Source of the DNA: Trichodesmium erythraeum IMS101
GTDB taxonomy: Bacteria; Cyanobacteriota; Cyanobacteriia; Cyanobacteriales; Microcoleaceae
Assembly (NCBI RefSeq): GCF_000014265.1
Contig: NC_008312.1
Location: 3,630,001-3,662,000 of the forward strand
DNA: 32,000 nt
Direction of reading: 5' to 3'
How positions within the stretch are numbered: position 1 is the first letter of the stretch; each line of letters starts with the position of its first letter. The notes under the pieces were generated by a model. That model had not been told where the DNA came from. It did not search any database and saw only the letters and a list, made by a program, of their open reading frames with translations. The translations under genes and the position numbers were made by a program. Below, piece by piece: positions 17,884 to 26,340 of the stretch.

Positions 17884-19884
17884 ATGCCCGAAATTTCTTC
17901 AATTCCTGGAATCAAACAACTATGGGCAAAAACCAAAGGTAACTCTGAGGTTTGCGTGGCAGTGCTTGACGGTCTAGTTGACCTGAAACATCCTTGTTTT
18001 GAGGGAGCTAATTTGACTCAACTACCAAGCTTAGTTCAAGGTCAAGCTACTCCTCAAAGCGAGATGTCTCTCCATGGGACTCATGTGGCCAGTATAATTT
18101 TTGGTCAGCCAAACTCAAGCGTCTCTGGTATTGCTCCCCACTGTCGAGGTTTAATAGTTCCCATATTCTCAGACTATCATCGCCGAACTTCTCAGTTGAA
18201 TTTAGCACGGGCCATCGAACAAGCGGTGAATGCTGGGGCTAATATTATTAATATTAGTGGGGGTGAACTGACAGATTATGGTGAAGCTGAAGACTGGCTT
18301 AACCGTGCGGTGAGTTTATGCCAAAATAATAATGTTTTGCTTGTTGCTGCAGCGGGTAATGACGGCTGTGAATGTTTGCATGTTCCGGCAGCACTACCCA
18401 CTGTTCTAGCAGCAGGAGCCATGGGAGAAAACGGACAGCCCCTAGATTATAGTAACTGGGGCGAAAATTATCAGACTCAAGGTATTCTGGCTCTGGGAGA
18501 AAATATTTTAGGTGCTGAACCAGGAGGTGGTACAAGACAGTTGAGTGGGACCAGCTTTGCCACCCCAGTAGTGTCAGGAGTTGCTGCATTATTGATGAGT
18601 TTGCAGTTGCAAAGAGAGGAAAAACCAGACTCACAAAAAGTGCGTACTGCCTTACTCAAGACAGCTGTTCCATGTCATGCTCAAGAAAAACGCCGTTGTT
18701 TAGTTGGCCAGATGAATATTTCAGGTGCCATTGCACATATAACAGGAGAAACTATGTCAGAATCAGAACAAGATAATAGTAATGGTATTGAAGCTAGCTG
18801 TGGTTGTGAGTCAACTCCAGAAGCTAGCTTGCCAGGTTCAGTTGGCCTAGAAAATAGTCTACCGACTCCCGCCGACAATGGTGTGGTAGCTGCAGGGGTC
18901 GTTGAAGCTGGCGTCACGGCTTCACAACCATTATCATCAACTAATACATCTAATACATCTAATAATCAAATTTCTGCTATGCCAAATAATAGTCAAAGTA
19001 ACAATAGTAATGGAATCACACCCAGTCAACCTCCTCAAGACGTGACAAATATAGTCTACGTTATTGGTACATTGGGTTATGACTTTGGAACTGAAGCACG
19101 GCGGGACTCATTTAAACAGTTGATGCCAGCAGTTACTATTGGAAATACCCAAATTCCAGCTAACCCTTATGATGCTCGTCAAATGGTGGATTATTTGGCG
19201 AATAATCTTTCGGAAGCTAAATCTTTGATTTGGACTTTGAATATGGAATTGACTCCTATCTATGCTATTGAAGCTGTGGGGTCATTTGCACGGGAAGTTT
19301 ATGAAGCTTTGCAAGAGTTACTTGCAGGGGAAGTAGAAGCGGAAGATGCTGAGAGATATATTGAGCGGGTGAGTATTCCGGGAAAATTAACTGGGCGTAC
19401 AGTTAAGTTGTTCTCAGGCCAAGTGGTGCCTGTGATTGAACCTGTTAGTCCTCGTGGTATTTATGGCTGGCGGGTGAATACATTGGTTGGTTCTGCTTTG
19501 GAAGCAGTTCGTGGAGAACAAGCAGAGGCTGACGATGAGCAAATGCGTCGGAGTTTGAGCAGTTTCCTAAATCGAGTTTATTACGATCTACGCAATTTAG
19601 GGCAGACTTCTCAAGACCGAGCTTTAAATTTTGCAGCTACTAATGCTTTCCAAGCGGCTCAAACTTTCTCTACAGCAGTGGCAGCAGGCATGGAGTTGGA
19701 TAGTATTGCTGTGACCAAGAGTCCATTCTGTCGGATGGATAGTGATTGTTGGGACGTGCAGTTGAAGTTTTTCGATCCAGAAAATAACCGTCGGGCGAAG
19801 AAGGTGTTCCGGTTTACCATTGATGTTAGCGATTTCATTCCGGTAACTTTGGGCGAAGTTCGTTCTTGGTCTTCTCCTTATTAG
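17884..19884 (+). CDS. Cyanobactin N-terminal protease (PatA family: subtilisin domain + PatA/PatG C-terminal domain)
   Basis: 666 aa. The triad contexts are AVLDG, HGTHVASIIFGQ and SGTSFATPVVSGVAALL. It is nearly colinear with PatA as I recall it (GIAPHCRGLIVPIFSD, VNAGANIINISGGE, NNVLLVAAAGNDGCECLHVPAALP). An Asn/Ser-rich linker precedes the C-terminal domain GTLGYDFGTEARRDSFKQLMP...FRFTIDVSDFIPVTLGEVRSWSS. Confidence 0.92.
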   Translation: MPEISSIPGIKQLWAKTKGNSEVCVAVLDGLVDLKHPCFEGANLTQLPSLVQGQATPQSEMSLHGTHVASIIFGQPNSSVSGIAPHCRGLIVPIFSDYHRRTSQLNLARAIEQAVNAGANIINISGGELTDYGEAEDWLNRAVSLCQNNNVLLVAAAGNDGCECLHVPAALPTVLAAGAMGENGQPLDYSNWGENYQTQGILALGENILGAEPGGGTRQLSGTSFATPVVSGVAALLMSLQLQREEKPDSQKVRTALLKTAVPCHAQEKRRCLVGQMNISGAIAHITGETMSESEQDNSNGIEASCGCESTPEASLPGSVGLENSLPTPADNGVVAAGVVEAGVTASQPLSSTNTSNTSNNQISAMPNNSQSNNSNGITPSQPPQDVTNIVYVIGTLGYDFGTEARRDSFKQLMPAVTIGNTQIPANPYDARQMVDYLANNLSEAKSLIWTLNMELTPIYAIEAVGSFAREVYEALQELLAGEVEAEDAERYIERVSIPGKLTGRTVKLFSGQVVPVIEPVSPRGIYGWRVNTLVGSALEAVRGEQAEADDEQMRRSLSSFLNRVYYDLRNLGQTSQDRALNFAATNAFQAAQTFSTAVAAGMELDSIAVTKSPFCRMDSDCWDVQLKFFDPENNRRAKKVFRFTIDVSDFIPVTLGEVRSWSSPY

Positions 19885-19901
19885 AGGAGCGGCTAGGTGT
19901 A

Positions 19902-19929
19902 GGTTGGGTTGAGGAAAGGAAACTCAACC
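19902..19929. repeat. Dispersed hairpin repeat GGTTGGGTTGAGGAAAGGAAACTCAAC (possible terminator of the PatA-like gene)
   Basis: It is the same element as 12966-12990 and lies 18 nt downstream of the 19884 stop. Confidence 0.55.
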
Positions 19930-20033
19930 AGCCATCAGCAGCTGAGTTAAACTGATTTAATAGGATATAGTTTAAGACATAGTTAGTAGACTTTCCAAGT
20001 AGACTTTACTTCTCCGGTTCTCTACTACGAACT

Positions 20034-20072
20034 TAAAAACAAATAGCAACGATTTTGGTTATCAATCGTTGC
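20034..20072 (-). terminator. Intrinsic terminator candidate for the minus-strand PatB/PatC-like unit
   Basis: A perfect 9-bp stem (gcaacgatt at 20046-20054, aatcgttgc at 20064-20072) encloses a 9-nt loop. On the minus strand TATTTGTTTTT follows. It lies ~42 nt past the stop at 20114. Confidence 0.5.
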
Positions 20073-20113
20073 CTAAATTCACAAAATCCTTGGCGGGCTA
20101 CTGAGGCTCCTCC

Positions 20114-20332
20114 TTATGCCCAAATGCGCCCGCGACGAGGGAAAGGAGGTTTGCCTTCCCGCTTTTGGTCTTGAAACATTCCCTTCCAACGTCCATAATC
20201 TTCTAGACCTGTTGCCAATATAGTGTTCTCTTCTATTTTAAGCTCAGGTTGTTGGACTGGTTGTGATGGTGGAGAAGTTATTTCTGACTTAGCTTGAGGT
20301 GTTTTTTTGACATCTTTTTTCGACATGATCAT
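20114..20332 (-). CDS. Small Pro/Lys-rich protein in the PatC position (tentative PatC/TenC/TruC-like)
   Basis: 72-aa ORF. A perfect AAGGAGG lies 6 nt upstream of the second ATG at 20326 (MSKKDVKK...), which is probably the true start. It is co-oriented with and downstream of the PatB-like ORF, as in patB-patC. I assign the family from position and size only, not from remembered sequence. Confidence 0.45.
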   Translation of the reverse strand: MIMSKKDVKKTPQAKSEITSPPSQPVQQPELKIEENTILATGLEDYGRWKGMFQDQKREGKPPFPRRGRIWA

Positions 20333-20413
20333 CCTCCTTTTGACATTTCCAGGGATTGAAACACCCTGTATTTTAAATTAGTGTAACATTTAACCGACTC
20401 AAAACTATACGCT

Positions 20414-20608
20414 TTAAATCTGTACGGCATCACCAGTTAAAGTGATTGCTGCTACCTGCAAAGCTCGTAACATGACATTATGAATGCTGTTGCACACCCA
20501 GTGTGCAGTATATCCGCACTGAGGGCATTGAAACTTTTTGTGACCACTTAGTTTTTTGTGGTTCTGATCCCATTCAGGGTAGTATAAGACTCCTTTGAAT
20601 TGGCCATC
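20414..20608 (-). pseudogene. Possible decayed TnpB (IS605 OrfB / IS1341-type) C-terminal fragment
   Basis: My reverse translation has no start codon: DGQFKGVLYYPEWDQNHKKLSGHKKFQCPQCGYTAHWVCNSIHNVMLRALQVAAITLTGDAVQI*. The F-x-CP-x-CG-x-x-x-(HWV)-x-N-x-x-x-N-x-x-x-x-AL block is colinear with the W-x-CP-x-CG...DRD-x-NA-x-x-N zinc-ribbon/RuvC-III end of TnpB, but the DRD is lost. Confidence 0.3.
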
Positions 20609-20671
20609 CTAACCATAAGATATAATCTGAGTTATATGTGGGATAATTATATTGCCAAAGCTAAAGCCTCA

Positions 20672-20887
20672 CTACAAACAAAAATAGTTACCACCCCAAC
20701 CAGAAGACATGATCTGATTATATGTGGGATAATTATAGGGTGCCGGATCGTTATAGTTAGCTCCGTGCATCAAATCCATACGAATTGCTACTAGGTCTTG
20801 ACCCCGGCCGTGCTCCACATCTACTGCTAGATGAGGAGAAATAATATCGGGTCTTTTTACCGGAGCTGCTTGTTTAGGTAATCTCAT
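20672..20887 (-). CDS. Small protein in the PatB position (tentative PatB/AcyB/McaB-like); N-terminus resembles a cyanobactin leader
   Basis: 71 aa with an ATG start: MRLPKQAAPVKRPDIISPHLAVDVEHGRGQDLVAIRMDLMHGANYNDPAPYNYPTYNQIMSSGWGGNYFCL. It is transcribed divergently from the PatG-like gene and is followed by the PatC-like ORF on the same strand. I assign the family from context. Confidence 0.45.
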   Translation of the reverse strand: MRLPKQAAPVKRPDIISPHLAVDVEHGRGQDLVAIRMDLMHGANYNDPAPYNYPTYNQIMSSGWGGNYFCL

Positions 20888-21036
20888 ATTTTTGACTAGA
20901 CTATATATTCAATTAATTCAGTCTATTATACCTTATTAATCATAATAGAACAAACTTGACAATTCTTAATTGGTTGCCTATTTGCCAACTTTAGGTGTAA
21001 ACTTAGTCTGGAAATGTAATTTATATTGAATGAATT

Positions 21037-23145
21037 GTGCCAGACTTTGCAGATATTCCCGGACTCACCAAATTATGGACTCACACGAAAGGAGACCCTC
21101 GCATCACAGTTGCCCTCCTCGATGGAACTGCTGATATAGAACGTGGTTGCTTTCAGGGGGCCAATGTTACGAAAATCAATTCTTATTGGCAAGAAGCAAT
21201 AGAGCTTGACCCCAAAGATATAGACACCTACCGAGAAATTCAGAACTCTGATGAAAAAAGTGAAGTTAAACAGGCAAAACTGAAAGAAGCTATCCCAGAC
21301 GAAATAACTTTACAAATTCTCGGAGCAGCTTTCCACGCGACTCATGTCTTTAGTAACATTTTCGGACAACCAGGAACTCCCGTGGAAGGTATTGCCTACA
21401 AATGTCGGGGCATTAATATTCCTCTTGGTTATGGTAATGACTATTATATCGACCCCATAAACTTAGCTCGTGGCATTAACCTAGCAGTAGACTTGGGAGC
21501 AAATATTATTCACTGTGCTGCCTGTCGCCCTAACCAAACTGGTATTGGTCACGAAATTCTAGAAAAGGCAGTACGTCAAGCTCAGGAAAATAATGTTTTA
21601 ATTGTGGCTCCCACAGGCAATAATAAAGGTGAATGTTGGTGTCTCCCTGCTATTTTGCCTGGAGTCATGTCCGTAGGAGCAATGAAGGATAATGGTCAGG
21701 TATTCAAATTTAGTAACTGGGGCGGACAATATCAACAACAAGGTATTATTGCTCCGGGGGAAAATATTCTCGGTGCTCAACCAGGAACAGAAGAAACTGT
21801 CCGCCAAAAAGGTACCAGTTGTGCAGCGCCAATGGTGACAGCTATTTCGGCATTGCTGATGAGTTTGCAGTTGCAGCAAGGAGCATCTCCAGATGCAGAA
21901 GCAGTGAGGGCAGCTTTAACAAACAGTGCTATTCCCTGCACTTTAGAAGATACCGAAGAAATCGAACGTTGTATGTTGGGTAAACTGAATGTTGCCGGAG
22001 CTTATCAACTTTTGACAGGAAAGCAGTTAGAAGCAGTGGGAGTTTCTGCGGCTGAAGCGACCTCAGAAGAAGATGTAATATTGGAAGATAGTGGGGTTGA
22101 TGTGGGGGAAGTTATTGTAGATGAAACTTCAGTAGTTCCTGCCCAGGAAAATGCTCCCATATCTTTTTCTCTGCCAGTGGGAGAAAATAGAGAGAGTCTG
22201 ACAAATGTGGCAACAAATATCACTGCTGCATCGGGAGTAGAGCAAAACAATATCAAACCCACAAAAGTTTCTCAAACTGCTCATGGTGTTACCCCGAGTG
22301 CTCGCTCCAATATGATTTATGCTTTGGGTACCTTGGGTTATGATTTTGGTACTGAGGCACGACGAGACTCATTTAAACAGTTAATGCCAGCAGTGATATT
22401 AAACGGGGTACAAGTTCCAGCTAATCCCTATGATGGTCGTCAGATGGCTGATTATCTGGATGCTAATTTATATGAAGGGAAATCTTTAATCTGGACTTTC
22501 AATATAGAATTAACTCCTATTTATGCCCTCAGACCTGTAGGTGCATTTGCGGACGATATTTATGAAACTCTGCAAAATATGTTAGCAGGAGAGGTGGAGG
22601 CAGAAGACCATGAAGACTACATCGACAGGGTGAGTATTACCGGGAGGTTAACTGACCAAACAGTAAAGTTGTTTTCTGGGCAAACCCTGCCGGTGGTGAA
22701 AATAAACAGCCCCCGGGGAATGTATGGTTGGACGGTGAATAGCCTAATAGATAATGCTTTGGAGTCAGTTAGGACAGAACAAACAGAGGCAGAGGAGGAG
22801 GCAATACGGAAATCTCTGAGAAGTTTTTTGCAACGGGTTTATTATGATCTGCGCAACCTGGGTCAGGCAGATCGCGATCGCGCCATCAACTTTGCAGCGA
22901 CAAATGCTTTCCAAGCAACGGCGACTATTTCTGAAGCAGTAGCTATTGGCATGGAGTTGCACAGTATAGAGGTAGAGAAGAGTCCTTTCTGTCGTTACAA
23001 TAGTAACTGTTGGGATGTTAAGTTGAAATTTTTTAACCCAGATAATAGTAGGAGAGCCAAGAGAGTTTATCGTTTTACTATTGATGTGTCAGATTTAATG
23101 CCTGTAACTTTGGGTAAAGTGCGGTCTTGGTCTGTGCCTAAGTGA
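21037..23145 (+). CDS. Cyanobactin C-terminal protease/macrocyclase (PatG family, no oxidase domain) + PatA/PatG C-terminal domain
   Basis: 702 aa with a GTG start. The triad contexts are ALLDG, HATHVFSNIFGQ and KGTSCAAPMVTAISALLMSLQ. The Asp-to-His spacing is ~35 aa longer than in the PatA-like paralog (insert ~21172-21321, SYWQEAIELDPKDIDTYREIQNSDEKSEVKQAKLKEAIPDEITLQIL). This fits the macrocyclase-specific capping insertion. The C-terminal domain runs GTLGYDFGTEARRDSFKQLMP...YRFTIDVSDLMPVTLGKVRSWS. Confidence 0.9.
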   Translation: MPDFADIPGLTKLWTHTKGDPRITVALLDGTADIERGCFQGANVTKINSYWQEAIELDPKDIDTYREIQNSDEKSEVKQAKLKEAIPDEITLQILGAAFHATHVFSNIFGQPGTPVEGIAYKCRGINIPLGYGNDYYIDPINLARGINLAVDLGANIIHCAACRPNQTGIGHEILEKAVRQAQENNVLIVAPTGNNKGECWCLPAILPGVMSVGAMKDNGQVFKFSNWGGQYQQQGIIAPGENILGAQPGTEETVRQKGTSCAAPMVTAISALLMSLQLQQGASPDAEAVRAALTNSAIPCTLEDTEEIERCMLGKLNVAGAYQLLTGKQLEAVGVSAAEATSEEDVILEDSGVDVGEVIVDETSVVPAQENAPISFSLPVGENRESLTNVATNITAASGVEQNNIKPTKVSQTAHGVTPSARSNMIYALGTLGYDFGTEARRDSFKQLMPAVILNGVQVPANPYDGRQMADYLDANLYEGKSLIWTFNIELTPIYALRPVGAFADDIYETLQNMLAGEVEAEDHEDYIDRVSITGRLTDQTVKLFSGQTLPVVKINSPRGMYGWTVNSLIDNALESVRTEQTEAEEEAIRKSLRSFLQRVYYDLRNLGQADRDRAINFAATNAFQATATISEAVAIGMELHSIEVEKSPFCRYNSNCWDVKLKFFNPDNSRRAKRVYRFTIDVSDLMPVTLGKVRSWSVPK

Positions 23146-23626
23146 AGACAGGAGTTTTGTTTGTAGTTTTGCTCTAGCCCTAACAATATATGGGGTTTGA
23201 ACAAAACTACGAAACTACGAAAGTAATCAAATAAATATTCGATGAAACTTTATTGTACCACACATTGTATCCCCTCAATAATTGGGGGTAGGGAATAATT
23301 CTACTGACCATGAGCAACCAAGGGAATTAAGAGAAGCTTGAGCACGGATAATAGAGTTGCCAGAGAAAGAATGACTCCTGCTTCACAGATGGGATCTTTA
23401 GATATACTCAAAAAAGTTGATTCCCAACTTACGGGTAGTGTTCACCAGAGACATAAAAATATTCCAAGATGCGATAGTTATAAGTGTCTGGGTAGAATAA
23501 CTAACCTGGTAGTTCTCTATAGTAATGGTCAAGTAAAAATTGTGTCATTGTAATTATGTATGGGTAGTCTGGATAGTAATGGTAAGATATGAGATCTTGA
23601 GAGTAATAAAGTTCAGTTTGTACCAG

Positions 23627-23728
23627 ATGTATTGTCCTAAATTCCAGCCTACTAAAATTATAAAGCATGAACATACTCACTATGGTAAGCCTCGTTTTCG
23701 TGCAGATAAAACCATACAGAATATTTAG
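23627..23728 (+). pseudogene. Possible remnant of a transposase N-terminal zinc-ribbon (IS1/IS1595-like)
   Basis: MYCPKFQPTKIIKHEHTHYGKPRFRADKTIQNI* resembles CP-x-C-x-x-x-x-I-x-K-x-G...GK-x-R(F/Y)-x-C, but two Cys positions are replaced (F, A). Nothing follows it. Confidence 0.25.
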
Positions 23729-24023
23729 AGGCTTTCTGGTCCGAAACCCTCTACTAGATATGGTGCTTCTGTGTAAGTTCTATATATTTGAGAATTTGAG
23801 AATATTCAAACAATAATCTCGACTACTATACTTTTCTGGAAATTTCTAATAGACCTCTCGAGTAATTCCGTAAACTTTTGTACTGCTATCTGTCAAAATT
23901 GAATTTTTGTCCTATCGAGTGAGAGCATCTTTCTCCAGTATGGTAACAAGACGCTCACACTAGTAACCCACCAGGAATATTCCATAGAATTTCCTGAGAT
24001 TATTTTGCAGAAATTTCTAATAC

Positions 24024-25592
24024 TTAATCCTTTAAAGTCGAACGCATAGTTGGAAACATAATGACATCCCTAATACTTTGAGTATTTGTCAGCAACATCA
24101 CCAGACGGTCTACTCCAATACCCATTCCACCACAGTTAGGCATCCCCAGTGATAACGCTTGAATAAAATCTTCATCCATTGGGTGCGCTTCATCATCCCC
24201 TGCCTCTCTTTGAGCGATCTGTTCCTCAAAACGTTGGCGCTGGTCTTGTGGATCATTTAACTCGGAGAAACCATTAGAATATTCTGTGCCGTGAATAAAC
24301 AACTCAAATCTTTCCACAAAACCTGGTTTACTATGATGTCTTTTTGCTAACGGGCTAACCTCAACCGGAAAATCAATCACAAAAGTAGGTTGAATTAAAG
24401 TTGACTCTACTTTTTGATCAAAAACTGCATATAAAAGATAACCTAAACTTTGAGTTTCTAATTTGGATAATTTCAGGTTTAATTTTTCTGCTGCTCGAAT
24501 AGCTTCTGGCAACTCTAGGTTATCAAAATCTAGTCCTGTTTCATCCTTAACTGCTTCCACCATTGTTTTTACTTGCCAATGTTTTCCTGTGAAATTAGGA
24601 TATTTTTGACTATAGTCATATTGACGTTCTAAACTAATAGTTTGCCCTTGATATTCTATCTGTTTTAAATCCCCCAAAATATTGGTTAAACTATAACAAA
24701 TAACATCCTCTACCAAGCCCAGAATTTCAAAATAATCTGCATAAGCCTGATAAACTTCTAGGGAAGTAAACTCAGGATTATGAGTACTATCAATTCCTTC
24801 ATTTCTAAATACTCTTCCTAATTCAAATACCCGTTCAAAACCTCCACAAATTGCCCGTTTGAGAAATAATTCTGTAGCAATTCGTAAATATAAATCTACA
24901 TCTAAAGCATTATGATGAGTAACAAAAGGTCGAGCTGCAGCACCACCATAAATTGACTGTAAAATTGGTGTTTCTATTTCATAAAAATTAGCATCCCAAA
25001 GATATGTTCGAATACTTTGCATAATTTTGCTCCGCACTCTAAAACGCTGTAAAGCTTCAGCATTTCCAGCCAAATCCATTTCCCGGTGACGGCGACAAAT
25101 TTCTGGGTCATTTACACCATAATAAGAGTCAGGAAAAGGAATAATAGCTTTGGAGAGCACATCCAATTTATTTACCTGAATTGATAACTCACCTCTATTA
25201 GTACGACAACCTATTCCTTCCGCACTAACAAAATCTCCTACATCTAATAATTTTTGAACTTGTTTAAAGCTTAAACCAGGGTCGCCCTTTACTAATTTTT
25301 TCTCAATTTTAAGTTGAATTTTTCCAGTTTCATCTGTTAGGTTAATAAAACCAATACTACCACTATCTCGCTTAGAAGTAATACGACCGCAAACCTTTAA
25401 GAATTTTTCATTGGGGTCTGTTTCTCCAGGTTCTAATTCCTTTGCTGGTGGAGAAAATAGATCTATTACTTGCTTAGTGGTATGCGATCGCTCTATGGCT
25501 TGACTAGGATAGGGGTCTATTCCTTGGGCGCGTAATTCATCAACTTTTTGTGAACGAACTTCTACTTCATTCCTGGTTTCGCTTTTAGCCAT
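24024..25592 (-). CDS. lysS: Lysine--tRNA ligase (class II), somewhat divergent
   Basis: 522 aa. It has an OB-fold anticodon-binding region (KVCGRITSKRDSGSIGFINLTDETGKIQL) and class II core blocks (GGAAARPFVTHHNALDVDLYLRIATELFLKR, FRNEGIDSTHNPEFTSLEVYQAY, ERFELFIHGTEYSNGFSELNDP, GMGIGVDRLVMLLT). Confidence 0.9.
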   Translation of the reverse strand: MAKSETRNEVEVRSQKVDELRAQGIDPYPSQAIERSHTTKQVIDLFSPPAKELEPGETDPNEKFLKVCGRITSKRDSGSIGFINLTDETGKIQLKIEKKLVKGDPGLSFKQVQKLLDVGDFVSAEGIGCRTNRGELSIQVNKLDVLSKAIIPFPDSYYGVNDPEICRRHREMDLAGNAEALQRFRVRSKIMQSIRTYLWDANFYEIETPILQSIYGGAAARPFVTHHNALDVDLYLRIATELFLKRAICGGFERVFELGRVFRNEGIDSTHNPEFTSLEVYQAYADYFEILGLVEDVICYSLTNILGDLKQIEYQGQTISLERQYDYSQKYPNFTGKHWQVKTMVEAVKDETGLDFDNLELPEAIRAAEKLNLKLSKLETQSLGYLLYAVFDQKVESTLIQPTFVIDFPVEVSPLAKRHHSKPGFVERFELFIHGTEYSNGFSELNDPQDQRQRFEEQIAQREAGDDEAHPMDEDFIQALSLGMPNCGGMGIGVDRLVMLLTNTQSIRDVIMFPTMRSTLKD

Positions 25593-25687
25593 TAGTGATT
25601 TTACTCTTTAGATTATTAATCAAGAGGAAATAATACCACATTTTTATATTTTTGGGCTGTCACAAAAATTAAATTATTCCAAAATAA

Positions 25688-25775
25688 TAAAATATATGGT
25701 TTATAGTAGAGCTTTAGCCCTCAGTATAGATAGAGCTTTTGCTTTACTATTAGCTTTAATTATAACTATTCAACC
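25688..25775 (+). repeat. ~90-bp dispersed hairpin repeat, copy 2 of 2 in window
   Basis: aaaatatatggtttatagtagagctttagcc...gctttactattagctttaattataactattcaacc shares its head, stem outline and 25-nt tail with 9989-10085, in the same orientation. Confidence 0.7.
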
Positions 25776-26340
25776 AGCAAATAAAACACAGGTCTGAATA
25801 AAAATTATCTGGCTTGTTTCCCAGTGACCAAATTGTTAAGATGACAGGACTGACCCACGGATATGAAATTATACACCATTTCTTGTCGGGGTTAACGGCC
25901 GAGTGCTCCGCAACATGAAAGCCCCTATCATAATTGTGGTCATGGTCATAGGTAAATCTTAAATGATATAGATATTACTAATGCTTGAGAGTAGTAAAAA
26001 TAAGCCTTAAAAATTTGCATGAAACTGACAATAATATAACTATTACTTATCTTGAGAAGCAAATTTTTTGTAATCATCTTGAGCATCTGATAGTAACTTT
26101 TCAGCAGAAAGAATTCGTTCTTTAATTATTGGTGTGAAACCAGCTATTTTTTCCTTTCCACTGCGAACTTAAATAATAACCTCTTAAATGTCACTTATTC
26201 TAGAGACTCCACTACTCCTTGTCAACCTCACTAAATTCCAAATATCTCCACCACCCAATTCTGTAGACCGTTGTGCTAACCATTGAGAATTAATAACCTG
26301 AGAACGAGGTACAACTTCAAACAAAAAATATTCCCATAAA

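Noticed and set aside
18299-18917. Three minus-strand ORFs inside the PatA-like gene
   Set aside because: They are shadow ORFs.
20352-20372. gggattgaaac resembles the 3' end of common cyanobacterial CRISPR repeats, and gaaacaccctgtat also occurs at 901-914
   Set aside because: There is a single occurrence with no repeat-spacer periodicity and no cas genes. The 14-nt match to 901-914 is too short to interpret.
20600-20794. 64-aa plus-strand ORF
   Set aside because: It is antisense to the PatB-like ORF and the duplicated segment, and has no support.
21598-22962. Three minus-strand ORFs inside the PatG-like gene
   Set aside because: They are shadow ORFs.
23338-23553. 71-aa plus-strand ORF downstream of the PatG-like gene
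   Set aside because: It has a non-ATG start and no motifs or ribosome-binding site. It lies in a region that looks like decayed mobile-element sequence.
25845-25930. 26-codon minus-strand ORF (MTMTTIMIGAFMLRSTRPLTPTRNGV) upstream of lysS as a leader peptide
   Set aside because: It is not Lys-rich, I could see no attenuator-like alternative hairpins, and there is no ribosome-binding site.
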